Numbered from the stretch's first letter, positions 29,002 to 39,340 are shown. The stretch: 64,000 bases of DNA from an uncultured Collinsella sp. (GCA_900542235.1 UQNB01000001.1:3838-67837); one strand, 5' to 3'. Notes: generated by a model from the sequence alone, not told the origin. Numbers and translations: made by a program.

Positions 29002-30063
29002 ATGGAGAGGATACTCGGCGTTAATCTCTCTGGCTGGTTTATTCCCGAGCCTTGGGTGACCCCGTCGCTGTATGCAGCGACCGGTGCATCCAACGCGGCC
29101 GAGCTGCAGGAGGCTATGGGCACCGCCGCCTATAACGAGCGCATGCGCCGTCATTACGAAACGTTTGTGAGCGAGGACGATTTTCGCCGCATGGCGCAGA
29201 TTGGCCTCAATGCCGTGCGTCTGCCGGTGCCCTGGTATGCCTTCGGCTCGCAGGAGTCCGATGCGTCCTACATCTCGGTTGTCGACTACATCGATCGCGC
29301 AATTGAGTGGGCCGCCAAGTACAACATCCGTGTTCTGCTCGACCTGGCGACAGTGCCAGGTGGTCAGGGCGATTCCAACGATTCGCCCACCACGCCGGAG
29401 GCTGTTGCCGAGTGGCATTCGTCCACCAACGGCCGTCATGTCGCGCTCGACGTGCTCGAGCGCTTGGCCGAGCGTTACGGCGAGGCCGAGAGCCTGCTGG
29501 GCATCGAGCTGCTGGACACGCCGCAGATGAGCGTCCGCAAGAGCCTCTTTACCATGGCGGATGGCATTCCGGCTCACTACCTGCGCAACTTCTATCGCGA
29601 TGCCTATGAGCTCGTCCGTTCGTATATGCCAGAGGACAAGATCGTCGTCTTCTCGTCTTCGGGGTATCCCAGCGAGTGGAAGCATTTTATGCGCGGCGCC
29701 AAGTACAAGAACGTCTATATGGACCTTCACCTGTACCATTACCGCGACGAGCATGCGCTCGACATCACGAGCCCCCGCGGGCTGACGACGGCGATTTCGC
29801 GTAACAAGCGCGAGCTCAAAGAGGCGATTTCGACGGGGTTCCCCGTGCTGGTGGGCGAATGGTCGGGTGCGGCAATCTTTGCCAACTCGTCGGTTACGCC
29901 CGAGGGCCGCAATGCCTACGAGCGCGTGTTTATCGCCAACCAGCTGGCTTCGTTTGCGCCGGCTGCCGGTTGGTTCTTCCAAACGTGGAAGACCGAGAAG
30001 CGCATTGCAGCATGGGACGCCCGCGCGGCGCTCGGTACGCTCGAGCGCGGCATGATTGAATAG
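29002..30063 (+). CDS. glycoside hydrolase family 5 protein (exo-beta-1,3-glucanase-like)
   Basis: 353 aa. GH5 pattern with NEP acid/base and GEWS nucleophile regions. RBS AAGGGGG. The upstream ORF extension 28810- is rejected. Confidence 0.75.
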   Translation: MERILGVNLSGWFIPEPWVTPSLYAATGASNAAELQEAMGTAAYNERMRRHYETFVSEDDFRRMAQIGLNAVRLPVPWYAFGSQESDASYISVVDYIDRAIEWAAKYNIRVLLDLATVPGGQGDSNDSPTTPEAVAEWHSSTNGRHVALDVLERLAERYGEAESLLGIELLDTPQMSVRKSLFTMADGIPAHYLRNFYRDAYELVRSYMPEDKIVVFSSSGYPSEWKHFMRGAKYKNVYMDLHLYHYRDEHALDITSPRGLTTAISRNKRELKEAISTGFPVLVGEWSGAAIFANSSVTPEGRNAYERVFIANQLASFAPAAGWFFQTWKTEKRIAAWDARAALGTLERGMIE

Positions 30064-30069
30064 GTTGAT

Positions 30070-30948
30070 ATGACGCAAAACAGCGCCCATACGGGCAAAC
30101 TCTATGTGGTCGGCACGCCCATCGGCAACCTGGGTGACCTGTCCCCGCGCGTTGGCGAGGCCTTTGCCGCTGCCGATGTCATCTGCTGCGAAGACACGCG
30201 TGTGACGTCAAAGCTGCTGATGCACCTGGGCATTTCCAAGCCGCTTGTCCGTTGCGACGAGAATGTGATCGCTAGCCGCGCTGCCGGCCTGGTCGACCGT
30301 CTGCTGGCGGGGGAGACCCTCGCCTTTGCCTCGGACGCCGGCATGCCGAGCGTGTCCGATCCCGGCCAGGCGCTGGTCGAGGCGGCGCGTGAGGCCGATT
30401 TGCCCGTCGAAGTTATTCCCGGGCCCTCTGCTTGCGTCACGGCGCTTGTTTCGTCCGGCATTCCCTGCGAGCATTTTTTCTTCGAGGGCTTTTTGGGCCG
30501 AAAGCACGGCGACCGTGTGCGCCGTTTGCAGCGCCTTGCCGTGGTGCCCGGCGCACTCATCTTCTACGAGTCTCCACATCGCATCGTGGCGACGCTCGAG
30601 GCCGTGGCGGAGGTCTTTCCCCAGCGTGAGGTTGCCGTCTGCCGCGAACTCACCAAGCTGCACGAGGAGGTCTTGCGCGGGCCCGCTGACCAGCTTGCCG
30701 AGGAGCTGCGTGCTCGCGGCGAGGTAAAGGGCGAGATTGCGCTGGTCATCGCGCCGCCGAGCGAGGATGAGGAGGCCGGCATCGCGCCGGTTGGCGCTGC
30801 GGTAGCGGATCCCGACGAGGCCCTGCGCGAGGATATCCGCGCCGCGCTCGAGGAGGGGGAGCCCGCGTCTGCGGTGGCCAAGCGCCTGTCTCAGAAGTAT
30901 TCGCGCCGCAAGCGCGATGTCTATGCCATGGTGCTCGATATGCAATAG
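30070..30948 (+). CDS. rsmI: 16S rRNA (cytidine1402-2'-O)-methyltransferase
   Basis: LYVVGTPIGNLGDLSPR tetrapyrrole-methylase-fold N-terminus typical of RsmI. Confidence 0.88.
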   Translation: MTQNSAHTGKLYVVGTPIGNLGDLSPRVGEAFAAADVICCEDTRVTSKLLMHLGISKPLVRCDENVIASRAAGLVDRLLAGETLAFASDAGMPSVSDPGQALVEAAREADLPVEVIPGPSACVTALVSSGIPCEHFFFEGFLGRKHGDRVRRLQRLAVVPGALIFYESPHRIVATLEAVAEVFPQREVAVCRELTKLHEEVLRGPADQLAEELRARGEVKGEIALVIAPPSEDEEAGIAPVGAAVADPDEALREDIRAALEEGEPASAVAKRLSQKYSRRKRDVYAMVLDMQ

Positions 30949-31017
30949 ATGGAGGATATCCAGCCCTTGCGCTAGAATCATCCTCTGTATGCAACGTTTT
31001 TCTGGAGGACAAACCCC

Positions 31018-32619
31018 ATGGATCAAAGCAAGCCTTCGTTCTTTATCACGACGCCCATCTACTACGTCAACGCCGATCCGCACCTGGGCACGGCTTATTC
31101 CACCATCATCGCCGACGTTCAGGCTCGCTATCGCCGTTCCGCCGGCTATAACGTCAAGTTCCTGACCGGCATGGACGAGCACGGCGAGAAGGTCGCCGAG
31201 GCCGCAGCCAAGCATGGCATGACGCCGCAGGAGTGGACCGATAGCCAGGCCCCGCACTTCAAGGAGCTTTGGAGCAAGCTCGAGATTTCCAACGACGACT
31301 TCATCCGCACCACCGAGCCGCGCCAGCATCATGCCGTGCAGTATCTGTGGGAGCGCATGAAGGAGTCCGGTTACCTGTATAAGGGCAGCTACGACGGTTG
31401 GTATTGCGTGCCTGACGAGACCTACTTCACTGATACGCAGGTCCAGAAGGGCGACGAGGAGTACGGCAGCGTCGGCCAGCATCTATGCCCCGACTGCCAC
31501 CGTCCGCTTGAGCGCGTGCAGGAGGAGTCCTACTTCTTTAAGCTTTCCGCCTTCCAGGACAAGCTTCTCAAGCTCTATGACGAGCACCCCGACTTTGTCG
31601 AGCCTGCGTTCCGCATGAACGAGGTACGTAGCTTTGTCGAGGGCGGCCTTAACGACCTTTCCGTGAGCCGCACGAGCTTTGACTGGGGCATTCAGGTCCC
31701 GTTTGACGAGGGTCACGTGACCTACGTGTGGTTCGATGCGCTGCTCAACTATATGACGGCCGTCGGCTACGGTGTCGACACCGACGAGGCGCGTGCCGAG
31801 CTGGCCTATCGCTGGCCCGCGCAGTTCCACATCGTGGGTAAGGACATCATCCGCTTCCACTGCGTCATTTGGCCCGCCATGCTCATGGCCATCGGCGAGG
31901 CCCTGCCCGAGCACGTCTTTGCCCACGGCTTCCTGACCGTGCGCAATGCCGAGACCGGCAAGGCCGAGAAGATGTCCAAGAGCCGCGGTAACGCCATCGC
32001 TCCGCAGGACGTTATCGACATGCTGGGCGTTGAGGGCTATCGCTATTACTTTATGACCGACGTGGTCCCCGGCACCGACGGCGCCATCAGCTTCGATCGC
32101 ATGGAGCAGGTCTACAACGCCGATCTGGCCAACAGCTGGGGCAACCTCATTTCGCGCTCGCTCAACATGAGCGCAAAGTACTTTGACGGCTGCGCCCCGG
32201 CTAAACCGGCGTCTGCCGACGCGTTCGATAACCCGCTGGCAAAGATTGCCGACGGTTTGGTCGAGCGCTACATGGCCAAGATGGACATGCTCGATTACGG
32301 CGGAGCCAAGGATGAGGTCATGGAGCTCATCCATGCCGCCAACCACTACATCGAGGACTCCGAGCCCTGGGCGCTTGCCAAGGACGAGGCCAAGGCTGAC
32401 GAGCTGGCATTTGTGATTTACAACCTGCTCGAGGCCATCCGCATCGCCGCCCACCTGCTGATGCCGCTCATGCCCCAGACTTCTGTCGAGGCTCTGCGCC
32501 GCCTGTCCTGTGAGGGCGAGGCCGCGAGCGACGACCTCAAGGGCATTTGCGCTTGGGGCCTGCTTGCTGGTGGTCAGCCCGTCGAGAAGGGCGATCCGCT
32601 GTTCCCGCGTCTGGCGTAG
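31018..32619 (+). CDS. metG: methionine--tRNA ligase
   Basis: Class I HIGH-type P(I)YYVNADPHLGT and KMSKS motifs. 533 aa (no C-terminal EMAP domain). Confidence 0.93.
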   Translation: MDQSKPSFFITTPIYYVNADPHLGTAYSTIIADVQARYRRSAGYNVKFLTGMDEHGEKVAEAAAKHGMTPQEWTDSQAPHFKELWSKLEISNDDFIRTTEPRQHHAVQYLWERMKESGYLYKGSYDGWYCVPDETYFTDTQVQKGDEEYGSVGQHLCPDCHRPLERVQEESYFFKLSAFQDKLLKLYDEHPDFVEPAFRMNEVRSFVEGGLNDLSVSRTSFDWGIQVPFDEGHVTYVWFDALLNYMTAVGYGVDTDEARAELAYRWPAQFHIVGKDIIRFHCVIWPAMLMAIGEALPEHVFAHGFLTVRNAETGKAEKMSKSRGNAIAPQDVIDMLGVEGYRYYFMTDVVPGTDGAISFDRMEQVYNADLANSWGNLISRSLNMSAKYFDGCAPAKPASADAFDNPLAKIADGLVERYMAKMDMLDYGGAKDEVMELIHAANHYIEDSEPWALAKDEAKADELAFVIYNLLEAIRIAAHLLMPLMPQTSVEALRRLSCEGEAASDDLKGICAWGLLAGGQPVEKGDPLFPRLA

Positions 32620-32729
32620 AGACCGCGCGAGCGCCATATCGGCAATTTGCTGTTTAGCTGTAAGGGCATGGCCGCCACGGTCCATGCCCTTTTGTTTCAA
32701 GACGCCGCCATCATGCTAAGGAGGCAACC

Positions 32730-33590
32730 ATGACAACTTCGCCTTTGGCAAACCCCACGGCCACCAGGGAGCTGCTGGAGGAGTTTGGCCTTGCGACCAA
32801 GCATCGCCTGGGCCAGAACTTTCTAATCGACAATCATGTGATCGAGCGTATCTGCGAGCTTGCCGAGCTTGCAGGTGACGAGCGCGTACTCGAGGTGGGT
32901 CCGGGTTGTGGAACGTTGACACTTGCGTTACTGCAGGAAGCGGCGTGCGTTACGTCCATTGAGGCCGATCCCGAGCTTGAGCCGGTGCTCGATGCCCACG
33001 CCGCCGACTATGCCAACTTCCGCTTTATCATGGGCGATGCGCTCAAGGTGACGCCGGAGCAGATTGAGCAGGCCGCCGGTGGTGAACCCACGGTGTTTGT
33101 CGCGAATCTGCCCTATAACGTGGCGGCGACGATCATTCTTCAGTTCTTCCAGACGATGCCCGCGCTTAAGCGCGCTATCGTCATGGTGCAAAAGGAGGTT
33201 GCCGATCGCATTGCCGCAGTGCCGGGCAACAAGACCTATGGCGGCTATACGGCAAAGCTCGGCCTGTATGCGCAGGTGACGGGTCGCTTTGAGGTGCCGC
33301 CGCGTTGCTTTATGCCGGCGCCGCACGTGGACTCGACCGTCGTGCGTATCGACCGTGTTGACGGCGTGGCGCCCGAAGGACTCGATCGCGAGTTTGTGGC
33401 CCGCGTGATTGATGCTGCATTTGCTCAGCGCCGCAAGACCATCCGCAATTCCATGAGCGCCAACGGCTTTGCCAAGGACGTGCTCGACGCCGCCTTTGAG
33501 GCTTGCGGTATCGCACCCACCACGCGCGCAGAAACGCTTGATGTTGCCGACTTTATCCGCCTGGCTCAGGAGCTCATCCATGATGCCTAA
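32730..33590 (+). CDS. rsmA: 16S rRNA (adenine1518/1519-N6)-dimethyltransferase
   Basis: GQNFLIDNHVIERI and SAM-binding LEVGPGCGTLT motifs. RBS AAGGAGG. Confidence 0.9.
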   Translation: MTTSPLANPTATRELLEEFGLATKHRLGQNFLIDNHVIERICELAELAGDERVLEVGPGCGTLTLALLQEAACVTSIEADPELEPVLDAHAADYANFRFIMGDALKVTPEQIEQAAGGEPTVFVANLPYNVAATIILQFFQTMPALKRAIVMVQKEVADRIAAVPGNKTYGGYTAKLGLYAQVTGRFEVPPRCFMPAPHVDSTVVRIDRVDGVAPEGLDREFVARVIDAAFAQRRKTIRNSMSANGFAKDVLDAAFEACGIAPTTRAETLDVADFIRLAQELIHDA

Positions 33591-34497
33591 TGCCGAACGC
33601 GTGACGTTTACCAAGAAAAAGAAGACGGTTGCTTGTCCCGTGCCCTTGGCACCGCTTGCTGACACGCATGCGCATCTGCTTTCGTTTTGGGGGAAAGAAG
33701 TGCCCGAGACGCTCGTGCGCGCCAAAGCCGCGGGCGTCGACCTGTTGGTGACGATGCTCGACCCCATCGCCGACAAGCGCAGCGTGACGGACTATAGCGA
33801 CTGGCTCGTGCGCGAAATTCTGCCGATGCGGGATATTCCGCAGATCAAGTATCTCGCTGGCGTTCACCCCTATGGCGCGCCGGATTATACCGATGACATT
33901 CACGCGCAGGTTGTTGCTGCGCTCGATGACCCTTTGTGCGCCGGTATCGGCGAGATCGGTCTGGACTACCACATGGATTACGACGACGACATCGCGCCGG
34001 CGCCCCACAGTGTGCAGATTGATTGCATGGCGCGTCAGCTCGAAGTTGCCGTGCGCCGCAATGTGCCGGTGGAGCTGCACCTGCGGCACGAGGACTCGGA
34101 TGGGGAGCGCACCTCGCATATGGATGCGTACAACGTGCTGCGCGAGGTGGGTGTGCCTCAGGCCGGTTGCGTGCTGCACTGCTTTGGCGAGGACCGCGCC
34201 ACGATGGAGCGCTTTGTGGAACTGGGCTGCTATATCGCCTATGGTGGTGCGGCCACCTTTAAGCGCAACGACGACGTGCGCGAGGCATTTGCGGCGACCC
34301 CGCTCGACCGCATTTTGTTCGAGACGGATTGCCCGTATATGGCGCCGGAGCCCATTCGCGGTCTTGAATGCGAGCCAGCAATGATCTCCATTACGGCAAA
34401 CGCGCTGGTTAACGACCGTGTCGATCGCATTGGTGAGGACGCCGAAACAATCGCGCATGCCGCTTGGGAAAATGCCTGCAAACTTTTTCAAAAATAG
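33580..34497 (+). CDS. tatD: TatD family metal-dependent hydrolase
   Basis: DTHAHL N-terminal motif with conserved His/Glu/Asp TIM-barrel ligands. Overlaps rsmA by 11 nt. Confidence 0.85.
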   Translation: MMPNAERVTFTKKKKTVACPVPLAPLADTHAHLLSFWGKEVPETLVRAKAAGVDLLVTMLDPIADKRSVTDYSDWLVREILPMRDIPQIKYLAGVHPYGAPDYTDDIHAQVVAALDDPLCAGIGEIGLDYHMDYDDDIAPAPHSVQIDCMARQLEVAVRRNVPVELHLRHEDSDGERTSHMDAYNVLREVGVPQAGCVLHCFGEDRATMERFVELGCYIAYGGAATFKRNDDVREAFAATPLDRILFETDCPYMAPEPIRGLECEPAMISITANALVNDRVDRIGEDAETIAHAAWENACKLFQK

Positions 34498-34540
34498 TTC
34501 TTGCGTTCGCGGTGGCGCTCCGTTATTCTAATTCCTGCAC

Positions 34541-34627
34541 GCGGGCGTGGCGGAATTGGCAGACGCGTACGGTTCAGGTCCGTATGGGGGCAACCCCATG
34601 AAGGTTCAAGTCCTTTCGCCCGCACCA
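34541..34627 (+). tRNA. tRNA-Leu (CAG), class II with long variable arm
   Basis: Acceptor GCGGGCG/CGCCCGC, anticodon loop UUCAGGU, extra-arm hairpin, encoded CCA. Terminator follows. Confidence 0.85.
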
Positions 34628-34726
34628 TTGATTGAAAGAGCTCCCAGCAATGGGAGCTTTTTTGTTATGCACGATCTCCTTGGACGGGTATCCTAATGCC
34701 AACGTGTGCCTATCAGAGGAGAGACC

Positions 34727-35665
34727 ATGCTGTTTTCCGGTATCATCGCCGCCCTTACCAGCCTTTTGATTCCCATCATCATCCTGTTGTTGCTGCTCCC
34801 CAACGCCTGCTACGTCGTTGAGCAGCAGCACGCTGTGATCATCGAGCGCTTGGGTAAGTTCAATCGTATCGTCAACGCGGGCTTCCACGTGAAGGTGCCC
34901 GTGATTGACCGCAAGGCCGCCACGGTGAGTCTGCGCACCATGAAAAATGGTTTTGGCATCGACGTTAAGACCCAGGACAACGTGACCATCGGCCTTGAGG
35001 TCTCCGCTCAGTACCACGTGAGCTACGACATGGGCGCCGGCCCGGCAGATTCGGGCATCTACAAGAGCTACTACATGCTGCAGGAGCCCGTCGACCAGAT
35101 GCGTGACTTCATCACCGACGCCCTGCGCTCTTCGATTCCCGTCTACACACTCGATGAGGTCTTTGCCAAGAAGGATGACATCGCCAAGGATGTCAACGCT
35201 ACCGTTTCCGAGCAGATGGCCGCCTACGGCTTCACCCTCGTGTCGACGCTCATCACCAAAATCGCACTGCCGACCGAGGTTGAGAACTCCATGAACGACA
35301 TCAACGCCGCCCAGCGCAAGCGCGCTGCGGCACAGGAGCTCGCCGAGGCAGACCGCATCAAGCGCGTCACCGAGGCGACCGCCGAGGCTGAGGCGATGGA
35401 AAAGGCAGGCGAAGGCATCGCCAACCAGCGCAAAGCTATCGCGCTGGGTATCAAAGATTCGCTCGAGATCATCCAGGAGACGGGTGTCGGCAATGACGAG
35501 GCCAACCAACTGTTCATGTTTACGCAGTGGTCCGAGATGATGACGGAGTTCGCTCGCACGGGTAAAACCTCGACGGTCGTGCTGCCGAGCGACTTTTCGC
35601 AGTCGGCCTCTATGTTCGAGCAGATGCTGGCTGCCGGTAAGGTTCAGAACGAGTCAAAGGAGTAG
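34727..35665 (+). CDS. SPFH/band-7 (stomatin/HflC-like) membrane protein
   Basis: N-terminal TM plus an SPFH domain and a coiled-coil/Ala-rich C-terminus. RBS GAGGAGAG. ATG 34706 is the alternative start. Confidence 0.8.
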   Translation: MLFSGIIAALTSLLIPIIILLLLLPNACYVVEQQHAVIIERLGKFNRIVNAGFHVKVPVIDRKAATVSLRTMKNGFGIDVKTQDNVTIGLEVSAQYHVSYDMGAGPADSGIYKSYYMLQEPVDQMRDFITDALRSSIPVYTLDEVFAKKDDIAKDVNATVSEQMAAYGFTLVSTLITKIALPTEVENSMNDINAAQRKRAAAQELAEADRIKRVTEATAEAEAMEKAGEGIANQRKAIALGIKDSLEIIQETGVGNDEANQLFMFTQWSEMMTEFARTGKTSTVVLPSDFSQSASMFEQMLAAGKVQNESKE

Positions 35666-35671
35666 ACACGC

Positions 35672-36142
35672 GTGAAATACACCGTCGTTTGTGTCGGTAA
35701 GCTCAAGGAGCGCTTTTGGAAGGACGCCTGCGCTGAGTACACCAAGCGCCTGGGTGCCTATGCCAAGGTTGATATCCGCGAGGTGGCCGATATCGACCCG
35801 GCTAAGGCGGGCGGCGTGGATGCCGCGCGCGACAAGGAGGGGGCGGCGATTCTTGCTGCCTTGCCGTCTCGAGCGCATGTGATCCTGCTGGCCATTGAGG
35901 GCAAAGAGCGCTCGAGCGAGGAGTTTTCGGCGCGGCTCGATGATCTTATGCTGCGTGGTAACAGCGACATCGCCTTTGTGATTGGCGGATCGGACGGCGT
36001 GAGCGATGACGTGCGAGCACGAGCCGACGAGATGCTCAGCTTTGGACGTATTACCTTGCCGCATAACTTGGCGCGCGTGGTGCTGCTGGAGCAAATCTAC
36101 CGCGCCTGCAAGATCAGCCGAGGCGAGCCGTATCACAAATAG
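35672..36142 (+). CDS. rlmH: 23S rRNA (pseudouridine1915-N3)-methyltransferase
   Basis: 156 aa SPOUT protein with MKYTVVCVGK N-terminus and conserved C-terminus. GTG start. Confidence 0.85.
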   Translation: MKYTVVCVGKLKERFWKDACAEYTKRLGAYAKVDIREVADIDPAKAGGVDAARDKEGAAILAALPSRAHVILLAIEGKERSSEEFSARLDDLMLRGNSDIAFVIGGSDGVSDDVRARADEMLSFGRITLPHNLARVVLLEQIYRACKISRGEPYHK

Positions 36143-36215
36143 GTCGGCAATACGAAACAATGGCGTGGGACAATACCTTTCGTTTCGAGGAATGTGTCTG
36201 AAAGGACTATGTGAT

Positions 36216-36986
36216 ATGAAGATTGGATTTGTCGGTTTTGGCAATATGGCGAGCGCTATGGCCGATGGCTGGATCGCTGCCGGTGTAGCTGCGAGCGACA
36301 TGTGCGCCTGCGCGGGCCGCTACGATGCACTGGTTGAGCGCTGCGAGGCGCGCGGCATGGTCGCCTGCCACGATGCCGCCGAGGCTGTCGCCGCATCCGA
36401 TATCGTGGTCGCTGCGGTCAAACCGTACATGATCGAGAAGGTATTCGCCCCGCTCAAGGATGCTCTTGCCAAAAAGGTCGTTCTGTCGGTTGCCTGGACC
36501 TGGGACAGTGCCAAGTGGGAGCAGGTCCTGCCGGGTGTCGCGCACATCTCGACGGTGCCCAACACGCCGGTTTCGGTGGGCGAGGGCGTCATCGCCTGCG
36601 AGAAATCCTCTACGCTCAGCGACGAGCAGCGTGCTGTTGTGCTCGACCTGCTCGGTAAGCTTGGCGCTGTCGTCGAGCTCGATACGAGCCTGCTGTTTGT
36701 GGGTGGCACGGTGGGTGGTTGCGCTCCGGCATTCGTTGCCATGGCGATCGAGGCCCTGGGCGATGCGGCGGTCAAGCACGGTATCCCGCGTGCCGATGCC
36801 TATCGCATTGTGAGCCAGATGGTGCTGGGTACGGCAAAGCTGCAGCTTGCAACTGGCCAGCATCCTGCGGCGATGAAGGATGCCGTGTGCTCGCCCGGCG
36901 GTGCCACCATCAAGGGCGTCGTTGCGCTCGAGGACGCCGGCATGCGCAGCGCCCTAGTCAAGGCAATCGACGCAACCCTCCAGTAA
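36216..36986 (+). CDS. proC: pyrroline-5-carboxylate reductase
   Basis: MKIGFVGFGNMASAM Rossmann N-terminus and ProC C-terminal dimerisation domain. RBS GAAAGGA. Confidence 0.85.
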   Translation: MKIGFVGFGNMASAMADGWIAAGVAASDMCACAGRYDALVERCEARGMVACHDAAEAVAASDIVVAAVKPYMIEKVFAPLKDALAKKVVLSVAWTWDSAKWEQVLPGVAHISTVPNTPVSVGEGVIACEKSSTLSDEQRAVVLDLLGKLGAVVELDTSLLFVGGTVGGCAPAFVAMAIEALGDAAVKHGIPRADAYRIVSQMVLGTAKLQLATGQHPAAMKDAVCSPGGATIKGVVALEDAGMRSALVKAIDATLQ

Positions 36987-36988
36987 AA

Positions 36989-37146
36989 ACCGACCAAAAA
37001 GGGACAGGTTTATTTTGGCAGGTTTTTCCTGCGGTTTTGTCCCTTGAGCGAAAAGCGCCCCGCAACTGGCTCAATTCCAGTTGCGGGGCGCTTACATTTG
37101 CCCAGATAAAACCGACCAAAATAAACCTGTCCCTTTTTGGCAGGTT
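36989..37146. repeat. inverted pair of a ~35-nt hairpin-containing repeat (A 36989-37025, B 37111-37146) flanking a strong bidirectional terminator hairpin (37055-37091)
   Basis: ccaaaaagggacaggtttattttgg versus ccaaaataaacctgtccctttttgg is a perfect 25-nt inverted repeat. The central stem gcgccccgcaactgg/ccagttgcggggcgc is 15 bp. A third copy lies at 61488-61522. Confidence 0.8.
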
Positions 37147-37318
37147 AGTCCCAGAAGCTGTCTTCCTCGTCCTCGGATTTGGGACCGCGGTCGACGTACA
37201 TCTTATGGGTGCGCTTCTCCATTACAAAGGCAAGAATCGCAAACAGCAGGATGCCGCCGGCGAAAAGGATGGCAAAACCGGTGCGGGTGCCAAACAAAAA
37301 GGAAAAAACTGCGTCCAT
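37145..37318 (-). CDS. small hydrophobic membrane protein (57 aa), absent from the supplied ORF track
   Basis: ATG at 37318 through TAA at 37145. Product MDAVFSFLFGTRTGFAILFAGGILLFAILAFVMEKRTHKMYVDRGPKSEDEEDSFWD has one TM and an acidic tail. Terminated by the 37055-37091 hairpin plus T-run on the minus strand. Confidence 0.45.
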   Translation of the reverse strand: MDAVFSFLFGTRTGFAILFAGGILLFAILAFVMEKRTHKMYVDRGPKSEDEEDSFWD

Positions 37319-37429
37319 TGGGTGCCTTCTTGCGTAGTTGAGTTGGGTCGTAGACGCTCATAAGTATATACTTGCCCATACATGTACAAGGTTGCAACCT
37401 AAATGGAATGTATATCGCCGGAGGATCTA

Positions 37430-38713
37430 ATGCTTGATATCAAGTTTGTTCGCGAGAACCCCGATGCCATCGATGTCGCCATGGCTAACCGCCAGACGTC
37501 TTGGGATCGCGAGAAGTTCTTTGAGCTCGACGACGAGCGTCGTGCCGTCATCACTGAGGTTGAGGAACTTCAAGCCACGCGCAATGCCGAGTCCAAGAAG
37601 ATCGGCGCCCTGATGAAGGAGGGCAAGAAGGACGAGGCCGAGGCCGCCAAAGAGGCCGTGCGCGCCGTCAACGAGAAGATTGACGGTCTGGCCGAGCGCC
37701 GCACCGCCCTCGAGCAGGAGCAGTACGACTTCATGGCTCACCTGCCCAACATTCCTTGCGAGGCCACGCCGTACGGCAAGGACGAGGACGAGAACATCGA
37801 GCGCCGTCGTTGGGGCACCCCGCGCGAGTTTGACTTCGACTTTAAGCCGCATTGGGATCTGGGCACCGACCTCGACATCCTTGACTTCGAGCGCGGCAAC
37901 AAGCTCTCCGGCAGCCGCTTCACCGTTCTCGGTGGCGCCGGCGCCCGTCTTGAGCGCGCCCTCATCAACTTCTTCCTCGATACGCACACCAGCCGTGGTT
38001 TTAAGGAGTGGTGGCCGCCCATCGTCGTCAAGCGTCAGACCATGTTCGGCACGGGCCAGCTGCCCAAGTTCGAGGACGACGCCTATCACGTCTCGGGCGA
38101 CAACTTCCTGATCCCCACCGCCGAGGTCGTGCTCACCAACCTGCACGCCGGTGAGGTCCTCGACGCCGATACCCTGCCGCGCCGCTACACCGCCTTCACC
38201 CCCTGCTTCCGCGAGGAGGCCGGCTCCGCTGGTCGCGATACCCGCGGCATCATTCGCCAGCACGAGTTCGACAAGGTCGAGATGGTAAAGTTTGCCAAGC
38301 CGGAGGAGTCCGACGAGGAGCTCGAGAGCATGACCGCCGAGGCCGAGTTCCTGCTGCAGCAGCTGGGTCTTCCGTATCGCGTGATTAGCCTGTGCACCGG
38401 CGACCTGGGCTTCTCTGCCCGTCAGACCTACGACGTCGAGGTCTGGCTGCCGAGCTACAACGCCTACAAGGAGATCAGCTCCTGCTCCAACTGCGGTGAC
38501 TTCCAGGCCCGTCGCGCCAACATCAAGTATCGCGACCCCGAGAACTTCAAGGGTTCGCGCTATCTGCACACCCTCAACGGTTCCGGTCTGCCGGCTGGCC
38601 GCACGATGGCCGCCATTCTGGAGAACTACCAGAACGCTGACGGCACCATCACGATCCCCGAGGTTCTGCGTCCCTACATGGGCGGCCTCGAGAAGATCGA
38701 GCCGGTCGCGTAG
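37430..38713 (+). CDS. serS: serine--tRNA ligase
   Basis: [13 protein letters not shown]-terminus, coiled-coil arm and class II motifs. RBS GGAGGA. ATG 37403 is rejected. Confidence 0.92.
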   Translation: MLDIKFVRENPDAIDVAMANRQTSWDREKFFELDDERRAVITEVEELQATRNAESKKIGALMKEGKKDEAEAAKEAVRAVNEKIDGLAERRTALEQEQYDFMAHLPNIPCEATPYGKDEDENIERRRWGTPREFDFDFKPHWDLGTDLDILDFERGNKLSGSRFTVLGGAGARLERALINFFLDTHTSRGFKEWWPPIVVKRQTMFGTGQLPKFEDDAYHVSGDNFLIPTAEVVLTNLHAGEVLDADTLPRRYTAFTPCFREEAGSAGRDTRGIIRQHEFDKVEMVKFAKPEESDEELESMTAEAEFLLQQLGLPYRVISLCTGDLGFSARQTYDVEVWLPSYNAYKEISSCSNCGDFQARRANIKYRDPENFKGSRYLHTLNGSGLPAGRTMAAILENYQNADGTITIPEVLRPYMGGLEKIEPVA

Positions 38714-38884
38714 ATTGGCTGCATAAGCGATTTGCTAGGGCACTCCTTTTTGGGGTGCCCTTTTTGTGTGCGGCCATACCATGCCGTGCGGACAGCTCAA
38801 TAGAAAACACACGAACAACTGTTCTGTATACAGCCATCTACCTGCTATGCTTTTGCTAAATAAGAGCGAGAGAAAGGGGACGCG

Positions 38885-39262
38885 ATGGAGCTGTTTGATG
38901 AGCGGGTAGTTATGTTCGAGAGCGATGAAGGCGGTGAGTACCTGCTGGTAACGTGCGAGCCGTCTGGTATGGGTGGCCTGGTGGTTCGGCAGACGAGCGA
39001 GGGACCATTGACGCAATGGTGCTATGAGGAGTCGCCGCATGTGGTCGAGACGTTTGTAGCGTATGAGGGGCTTGTTGCCCTTGAGCACTTCTATGGCGTT
39101 GGAACTTCTAACCAGGTGGCTCGAATGTTGAGCATCTCGTTTGCCGACTACGATTGTGCCCAGCGGGTGCGGTCGCTCTTGGGGGAGCTTGGCGCCGGGT
39201 TCGATGTGATTGAAAAGCCAATCGATCGTACGGGAAGCGTTGGTGCCCGCGGCGCAGCGTGA
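38885..39262 (+). CDS. hypothetical protein
   Basis: 125 aa acidic cytoplasmic protein with RBS AAAGGGGA. No recognisable motif. Confidence 0.5.
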   Translation: MELFDERVVMFESDEGGEYLLVTCEPSGMGGLVVRQTSEGPLTQWCYEESPHVVETFVAYEGLVALEHFYGVGTSNQVARMLSISFADYDCAQRVRSLLGELGAGFDVIEKPIDRTGSVGARGAA

Positions 39263-39340
39263 CAAATATCTGCCTGGAGAAAAAAGTTTGAGATTGTGCT
39301 TGACTCTAATGAACTAAAGTGGTTTTATATGTCTTGCGCT

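Noticed and set aside
36989-37146. CRISPR array
   Set aside because: Only two to three copies. They are inverted rather than direct, with no regular spacer periodicity and no cas genes.
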